Below are positions 57,320-64,000 of a DNA stretch of 64,000 nucleotides, in pieces. Both the position numbers and the translations under genes were made by a program. Location of the stretch: contig NW_027590177.1 in assembly GCF_964213995.1 (NCBI RefSeq), positions 558,001 to 622,000 on the forward strand. Reading direction: 5' to 3'. The notes under the pieces are model-generated. The model saw nothing but the letters and a program-made list of their open reading frames with translations, was not told the origin of the DNA and made no database searches. Origin of the DNA: Mustelus asterias (taxonomy: Eukaryota). Position 1 is the first letter of the stretch. Every line of letters starts with the position of its first letter.

Positions 57320-58397
57320 CAATGTCTTTAAGAGAGAGAGAAACCTGGGCCAACCTTTCCAGAGTCTGCAACCTCCCTGGATTCACTTCCTTTCCCTTCA
57401 GTTGCTGCAAGTCCCCAATTTCCCCCAGAATGAGAAAATAAATGGAAAGGGGGAAACATTGATTTCCTCCCAGATGTTGTCCAGAGGAAGTTTTGAGTCT
57501 GAATCTGAACCAATCGAGTTTCCGCATTGTGACGTCCACAATGGAGCCTGCCTGAATGACCCAATAAGAATCAGTCTCTTCCGCAATTACGTCATGGGGT
57601 TCCAGTGCGCAGGAGCTCCGCCCCCCCCCCCCCCCCCCCTCCCTCCCCCTGCCCCTCCCCTTGCACATCCTCGAGCCAAGGTTTGCAGACAGCCGGCTGG
57701 CGGGAGCGAGAAGCCGCTTGGAGATTTCCCCCGGCCCGGGACTGCGCATGTCCGGGGAAAGGGGACACTGCGCATGAGCGGGGTAGCCCGCATCCTGACC
57801 TGCATACTGAGGTGTTGACCAATGGGAAGACCTGGAGGACCGGAAGGACACTGGTCCTCCAGCCAATCAGGTCTTTGTGACGCTCAGATTGAGCTGCACA
57901 CAGACTGAAACTTCCTCCTGTCTGAAGTGAGTTATTTTAGATGACATGAATCACACTTCTGAGGATTATGCTTCATATCCCAGATGAAGCGAGGTACCTA
58001 AGTATGTTTTATTCTCCAAACAAGCGGTCAGATGACATCGAACTCTGGCGGATAACTTATTTATCACTTATTTCCTTAAAAGAGGCCAACATCTCGCTTT
58101 TTCCTTTGTACTTTGATTTCTGTTCTGGCTGCTCCCCCTCCTTTTGGGGAGCTGCCCCTTTTACTTTGTCCCGATTTAATTTGAGTTTGTTTATTTGGTT
58201 TGACCTTAAAAGAGGCCAACATCTGTGAGTAACACACTTTCTCCGCCCCCCCCCCCCCCCCCCGCCCACCCCTTTCCATTTCTTTTCTCATTCTGGGGGA
58301 AATTGGGGACTTGCAGCAACTGAAGGGAAAGGAAGTGAATCCAGGGAGGCTGCAGACTCTGGAAAGGTTGGCCCAGGTCTCTCTCTTAAAGACATTG
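57320..58397. repeat. ~130-bp inverted repeat (arms 57320-57452 and 58269-58397)
   Basis: The arms are near-exact reverse complements and enclose the promoter. Confidence 0.92.
57500..57900. promoter_or_regulatory. CpG-island bidirectional promoter between loci 12 (-) and 13 (+)
   Basis: Four CCAAT boxes, CRE/ATF-like tgacgtc and ttacgtca, two ACTGCGCATG motifs and a poly-C tract. Confidence 0.75.
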
Positions 58398-58790
58398 ACA
58401 TCCTTTGCTTCCTCAGCTTGACACATTTATTTATCTGGCTAAAAGGATGGTCTCTTTCCTGATGTTCACATTTAAAGGCTGGTTTCCACCGGAGATGGCT
58501 GACATTTAAGGGAACAATAAACTAATATAGGACAGAGATATGTCTAGTTTTGTTCTATTGTACAGATTAGATTTTATTTATGGTCCTGCAATAAAGTACA
58601 TTTATTTGGAAAGAAAGCGAAGATGAGGTGGGATTTCTTCACTCAAGGATGTGGTGAAGTTTTGGAATTCTTTACCTCAGAGGACTGTAAAGCTCAGTCA
58701 TCAAGAATTTTCAAGTGAGGGTTTGATAGGTTTATTCAAGATATCAAGGGATCCAGGGGATACTGTGGGGAAAATGGTGCTCAGGTACAT

Positions 58791-59110
58791 CTGGGCGGCA
58801 CGGTGGCTCAGTGGTTTTCATGGCTGTCTCACAGCGTCACGGACCTGGCTTCCATTCCTGGCTTGGGTCACTCTCTGTGTGGAGTTTGCATGATCTCTGC
58901 GTGGGTTTCCTCCAGTGCTCCGGTTTCCTCCCACAATCCAAAGATGTGTGGATTGGATTGATTGGCCATGATAAATTGACCCTTCGTGTTAGGGGATTCG
59001 AAGGGTAAATATGGGGGGTTACGGGGATTGGATCTGGTTGGGATTGTTGTTGGTGCAGGCTCGATGGGCCTAATGCCTTCCTTCCGGACTGTAGATTCCA
59101 TGATTCTATG
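58791..59110 (+). mobile_element. HE1/V-SINE-type SINE
   Basis: Head, V core and tail gattccatgattctatg. Confidence 0.85.
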
Positions 59111-59756
59111 AATGGTTGAGCGGACTCGATGGGCCGAATTGCTGATTGCAGCTCCTTTTAGTTATGATTTGTGTGTGCTGGGCAGGAAGCAGTGAGCATG
59201 GATCTGTCAATCAGCCTCAATCAGTACCTTCAGGAGAATTGGGAGGGTGAATATTAGATACAGCAGAGTGAGAATGGAGGGAGAGTGTGTGGGATGGAGA
59301 TTTACAGCTTTTGGGGAATGAGAGAGGAAAGAATGTTCCATAGAAACTAGAACTGTCTGTTCTGAATTTCTATCCTGCACTGACACTGATGGCTTTTATA
59401 AACTCCTTTTACAGGATATCAGAAGGTGAAGATTTACAGACAGAAATCTCAAACCAAATAACTGACAGAGTCACTCAATTCATCTGGACCTGAATATCAT
59501 CAGCCTTTGAATCTAGAAGGAGAAATGTTTCTCTGTTCTGTCTGCGAGAGAAGATTTTAAACATCAGCATCACTGGAAAAGCACCTAGACACAGACACAG
59601 TCAATTGAGAGTGTTCCAGTGCACTGAGGAAAAAGCTTTAACCAGATACACAGCCCGAAAATACATCGCAGCATTCAGTGGGGAGAGACTGTACTTGTGT
59701 TCTGTGTGAGTTTTAACTGATTGTTTAACCTGGAGAGTCACAAGGACACCCGCACC

Positions 59757-60683
59757 ATGGAGAAACCGTGGAAATGTGGGGACTGTGGGAAAGGATTCAA
59801 AGCTCCATCTGATCTGGAAATTCATCGGCGCAGCCACACTGGGGAGAGGCCGTTCACCTGCTCTGTGTGTGGGAAGGGATTCACTTTATCATCCAGACTG
59901 CAGAGACACCAGCAAGTTCACACTGGGGAGAGACCGTTCGCCTGCCCTCAGTGTGGGAAGGGATTCAGTCAGTTTTCCAACCTGCGGACACACCAGCGAG
60001 TTCACACTGGGGAGAGGCCATTCAGCTGCTCTCAGTGTGGGAAGGGATTCACTCTGTCATCCAGCCTGCGGACACACCAGCGAGTTCACACTGGGGAGAG
60101 ACCATTCACCTGTTCTCAGTGTGCGAAGGGATTCAGTCAGTTATCCAACCTACGGACACACCAGCGAGTTCACACTGGGGAGAGACCATTCACCTGCTCT
60201 CAGTGTGGGGAGGGATTCAGTCAGTTATCCAGCTTGCAGACACACCACCGAGTTCACACTGGGGAGAGGCCATTCACCTGCCCTCAGTGTGGGGAGGGAT
60301 TCACTCAGTCATCCCACCTGCGGACACACCAGCGAGTTCACACTGGGGAGAAACCGTTCACCTGCTCTCAATGTGGGGAACGATTCACTCAATTATCCAT
60401 CCTGCAGATACACCAGCGAGTTCACACTGGGGAGAAACCGTTCACCTGCTCTCAGTGTGGGAAGGGATTCACTGACTTATCCAACTTGCAGAAACACCTG
60501 CGAATTCACACTGGGGAGAGGCCATTCACCTGCCCTCATTGTGGAAAGAGATTCACTGACTCATCCAGCCTGCAGAAACACCAGCGAGTTCACACGGGGG
60601 AGAGGCCATTCGTCTGCTCTCAATGTGGGAAGGCATTCAGTGTTTCATCTGCCCTATTGAGACACCAACAAGTTCACGAGTGA
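59757..60683 (+). CDS. C2H2 zinc-finger protein (locus 13), 308 aa, 11 fingers
   Basis: ACCATGG start, [10 protein letters not shown]...HQQVHE*; acceptor ccttttacag|g at ~59413. Confidence 0.92.
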   Translation: MEKPWKCGDCGKGFKAPSDLEIHRRSHTGERPFTCSVCGKGFTLSSRLQRHQQVHTGERPFACPQCGKGFSQFSNLRTHQRVHTGERPFSCSQCGKGFTLSSSLRTHQRVHTGERPFTCSQCAKGFSQLSNLRTHQRVHTGERPFTCSQCGEGFSQLSSLQTHHRVHTGERPFTCPQCGEGFTQSSHLRTHQRVHTGEKPFTCSQCGERFTQLSILQIHQRVHTGEKPFTCSQCGKGFTDLSNLQKHLRIHTGERPFTCPHCGKRFTDSSSLQKHQRVHTGERPFVCSQCGKAFSVSSALLRHQQVHE

Positions 60684-62080
60684 TTCCAGGGGTTGGATTC
60701 TGCTGTTGTTGTTCCTGCTCTCAGTTACATCCAGGACTGCATTTTATTCATTCTCACAGTTGGTCAATGGGGAGGGTCGGAGGGTTTCTTTCTGTTGGAC
60801 TGGTCGGTCTCATGATTTTGCCTCCAGTGAGCTGATGCTCTTTGAGTCTTGTTGCGAATACCTGGTTTCAAATTTCACAAGGATCACAGAGTGACAGGAT
60901 GTTAGGAAGTTCAGAGATATTTAGTCAGCATTTCTGTTTGAAACCTCCCAAATGCCCATCCAATTTCCTTTGTAATTGTTTATTGTCTCCACTTCCTCCA
61001 CCCTCGTAGGCAGCGAGTTCCAGGTCATTACCATTCGCTGCATCAAAATATTCTTCCTCACATCCTCCCCCCCCCCCCCCCCCTGCATCTCTGACCCAAA
61101 ACCTTAAATCTGTGACCCCCTCATCCTTGTCCCATCAGCAAATGGGAACAGCTTTTCTTTGTCCACCTTATCTAAACCTGTCAGAATCTTGTCCACCTCT
61201 ATCAAATCTCCCCTCAACCTCCTTTGCTCCAAGGGGAACAACCCCAGCCTGACATTGACAATAAAGAACAAACTAACAGAATATGTTAATACCTGAAATC
61301 AAATGGGAATGTTTAATTTCTGTTTTAAAGATATTGTAAATATATTGTCCTGGACAATAAAGGAATTGGAATAACTCACCTTGGGTGTGGTTGAATGGAA
61401 TATATCAATCTGATATCCACCTACAGTCTAGTGAAAGTCTGGAATGTGTAGCTGGAAATCCCTCCCTAACAGCACTGTGGGTGTACTGACACCTCAGGCA
61501 TTGTAGCAGTTCAGGAAGGCAGTGTTGGGGTTGACCATGGCCGAGGCAGCTACATACAGCCACATATTCTGTTATAATTGAAGGACAGCAGATTGAATGT
61601 GAGGCATTATGGGACTGGACTATCTTGACCACATTCCTGTGACTGCTCAGTTTCTGCAATCACGGACCATTAAGCTGCTTTGCAGGGCCCCGATAGAGGA
61701 CCTGGTGAGAATATTTACTCAGAAGAGTTAGAGGTAAATTTGTTCAGCGGCTGAGATACCAAATCTGTGAACAGGGGGTCTGACCAATCAACAATCAACA
61801 GTTGACTAAAAAATTAAGAAGCATTCTCATGCATTGTTTAAATCAATTTATCCTAAATTTGTGATAAGAACTGTGAGGGACTTGTGACCCAATAGTCGGT
61901 GGTGACGGTATACTCCAAGTAGCACTGCACTGAAAAGTGGACCTCTGAGAGTAGATTCTAATGGTTATAATCCTACCCAAGCATGGCCAGTGAAAAATCA
62001 GAGCTCAAGTGGGAACCGGACAGGTCTCTTACCTGCTATTTGGAAACTAAGAACAAGAAACTTATCGATTAAATGATTCG

Positions 62081-62250
62081 AGAATAGAACCAACGTTTCG
62101 AGTCTGGATGACACTTCGTAAGAGCGCTTATGAAGGATCATCCAGACTCGAAACATTGGTTCTGTTCTCTCTCCACGGATGCTGTCAGACTTGTTGAGAT
62201 GTTCCGGCATTTTCTGTTTTTGTTTCAGATTCCAGCATCCGCAGTATTTA
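62081..62250. mobile_element. Short palindromic repeat, probably Penelope-derived (relatives at ~19240-19440, 30780-30900, 44550-44660, 53445-53505, 63320-63450)
   Basis: Hairpin 62081-62168 followed by ctctccacggatgctgtcagacttgttgag...gcattttctgttt, a motif recurring six times in the window. Confidence 0.6.
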
Positions 62251-63039
62251 ACTTTTACGATAAAATGTTTAATCAAAATAGAGGGAGTGGTGGCAAAAAG
62301 ATAAACAGGGTAAGGATGATAAATTCTGGGTTCTGATTCTCCGAGCCCATATAGAATTTTTAAAAATGAGTGAACCAGTTTATAAAGAACAGAAGTTACC
62401 CATCCCTAACAAAAACTGATCATATTAAAATAATTAAGGTGAGGAATATAACAAAAAAATTAATAGATGAAGTTTAAAATCAAGTTTGTTTTTTGTTAGA
62501 GAAGTTTTTTAAACTTGTGTAAAGTGATGTAATTGTGTGCCAAGTTTTTGCTGCTCACCCCCCACCCCTTTAGATTCTGTAGAAAAGTTCACCCTTTCAG
62601 CACACAGCTCATTTGTTTTTAAATTGCCTGAAAACTCATGTATATTTTAGTTTATAATTGAAGATTTATGGGAATTTGCTGAGGTAGCTGTTTGACATTT
62701 TTAAAGGATTGAAAAGTGGTCTTGAGAAGCCACTTTGGTAGAGAGAGGTGGAGGGAGAGGTGTTTACATAGAGGTGTTGAGAGCTGTTGGTTTTACAAGT
62801 TATCCCCATTTTCAGAGCCGTCACTTCATGTCCTGGTCTGAGAGGGAGAGAAGTCTGTTCAATTGTTAAAGTAAAGCTTTCTTTATTAACTCTTAATCGA
62901 TACTTTGTTTTTTATCTTTCTGACTTGGTGCATTTTTAATGGTGAATAAACTTTCTGAATTCACCATTTAAAGTGTTCTTTCTTGCCATATGGTTAAGTC
63001 ACTGGAACCTGGTGTGATTTACGATGAGGGAGGTTATTG

Positions 63040-63270
63040 TAAATAAGAGAACCCCCATAAATCTTAGTTCAAATAAATCAAAGTTCTTACAAATGGAATA
63101 CAATCCGTTATTCCGAGAAAAATTGAACATAGAAGTAAAGATGTTATACTTCAGTTATACAGGGCATTGCTGAGGCCACATCTTGAAAACTGGATGTAGT
63201 TTTTGTCTCCCATTTAAGAAATGATACAAATGCATTGAAAGTGGTTCAGAGGAGGTTTAATAGATTGCTT
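63040..63270 (+). mobile_element. Decayed CR1 fragment
   Basis: LQLYRALLRPHLENWM*FLSP... Confidence 0.7.
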
Positions 63271-64000
63271 CCCAATTGTTGACCCTTACAGTATAACTTT
63301 TGTCCAATTTTCCTTGTCTTCAGCTGACAAAGATTCATCCTGACTCAAAATGTTGTCTCTATTCTCTCTCTACAGATGCTGTCAGACTTGCTGAGATTCT
63401 CCAGCATCTTCTGTCTCTGTTTCAGATTCCAGCAACAGCAGAATATTGCCGTTATCCCAATTCTTATTGGATCAGGGAATCAAAAGTATCGGCTGTAGAA
63501 TGAGAATGTGGAACTCCACACAAACAGATCAGCCATGATCTAAATAAACGGTGGAGCAGATTCAAAGGGCCAAATGGCCGACTTCTGCTCCTATATCGAA
63601 TTTGGTAACAAATTCCTGAAAATTGCAAAACAAGGCTGGAAGATTCGCCTTGCTTGTGTTAGTGGGAAAATGTCCAGGAGAACCATCACTGTGAAGGACA
63701 GTTCTGGGATTAAAGGTTGCCAGACTGGAAAAGGAAAACAATGGAAATAAACCCTTGAGGAGTAAAGAATCACTTTGGACTCATTCTTGGAGAATTGAGT
63801 GTCAACATTCCAAGGCAGAGTAAAATATAACCGTTGACTGGGATATTTCATTGTGTTAAGAGTAAAAGGGCAAAGTTCAATTTTTTAGTTTAAGGGCAAT
63901 GTTCCCTACGAAGAACAGTGTTTAGTCATTGTTGCTTCCAGTTTGTTGGAGTAAACATCATAGAACCTGAAGTTTTGTCTTGTGATTCTTTAATTTACTC

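Noticed and set aside
59776-60660. 294-aa alternative-frame ORF over locus 13, and similar ...[17 protein letters not shown] ORFs over other ZNFs
   Set aside because: Expected by-product of the repeated 84-bp finger codon pattern; no independent evidence of coding.
61520-64000. Possible endogenous retrovirus remnant
   Set aside because: No recognisable gag/pol/env motif, PBS or paired LTRs by eye; left unannotated.

Overview
Eukaryotic DNA, almost certainly a shark (cartilaginous fish). The evidence is HE1/V-SINE-type SINEs, Deu-domain-like SINEs and CR1-clade LINEs; the species cannot be fixed from the sequence. The window is a tandem C2H2 zinc-finger (ZNF) gene cluster in birth-and-death turnover. 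It holds 12 ZNF loci: about 5 with intact ATG-led ORFs of 9-13 fingers, the rest disrupted or lacking an ATG. There are also several orphan fragments of the same gene cassette. Each ZNF has one finger-array exon with a stereotyped splice-acceptor region and 3' UTR, and no KRAB/SCAN/BTB domain is visible. Genes sit head-to-head around six GC-rich promoter islands that share a YY1/NRF1/CCAAT module, and two of the islands contain long inverted repeats. The intergenic space is filled with retroelements, including a young near-complete CR1 LINE (SGNH-esterase ORF1 plus intact APE-RT ORF2) and two siblings inserted into ZNF genes. Most notable: (1) a T_TTA_AAC slippery site at the ORF1/ORF2 junction of that LINE, whose ORF2 has no usable ATG, suggesting -1 ribosomal frameshifting; (2) an invariant atypical 'W-finger' and a shuffled two-finger module as candidate effector domains in KRAB-less ZNFs; (3) fossil fingers with position-conserved stops in the 5' leaders; (4) mirror-symmetric bidirectional promoters. 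Repeat boundaries are approximate and identities were judged by eye.
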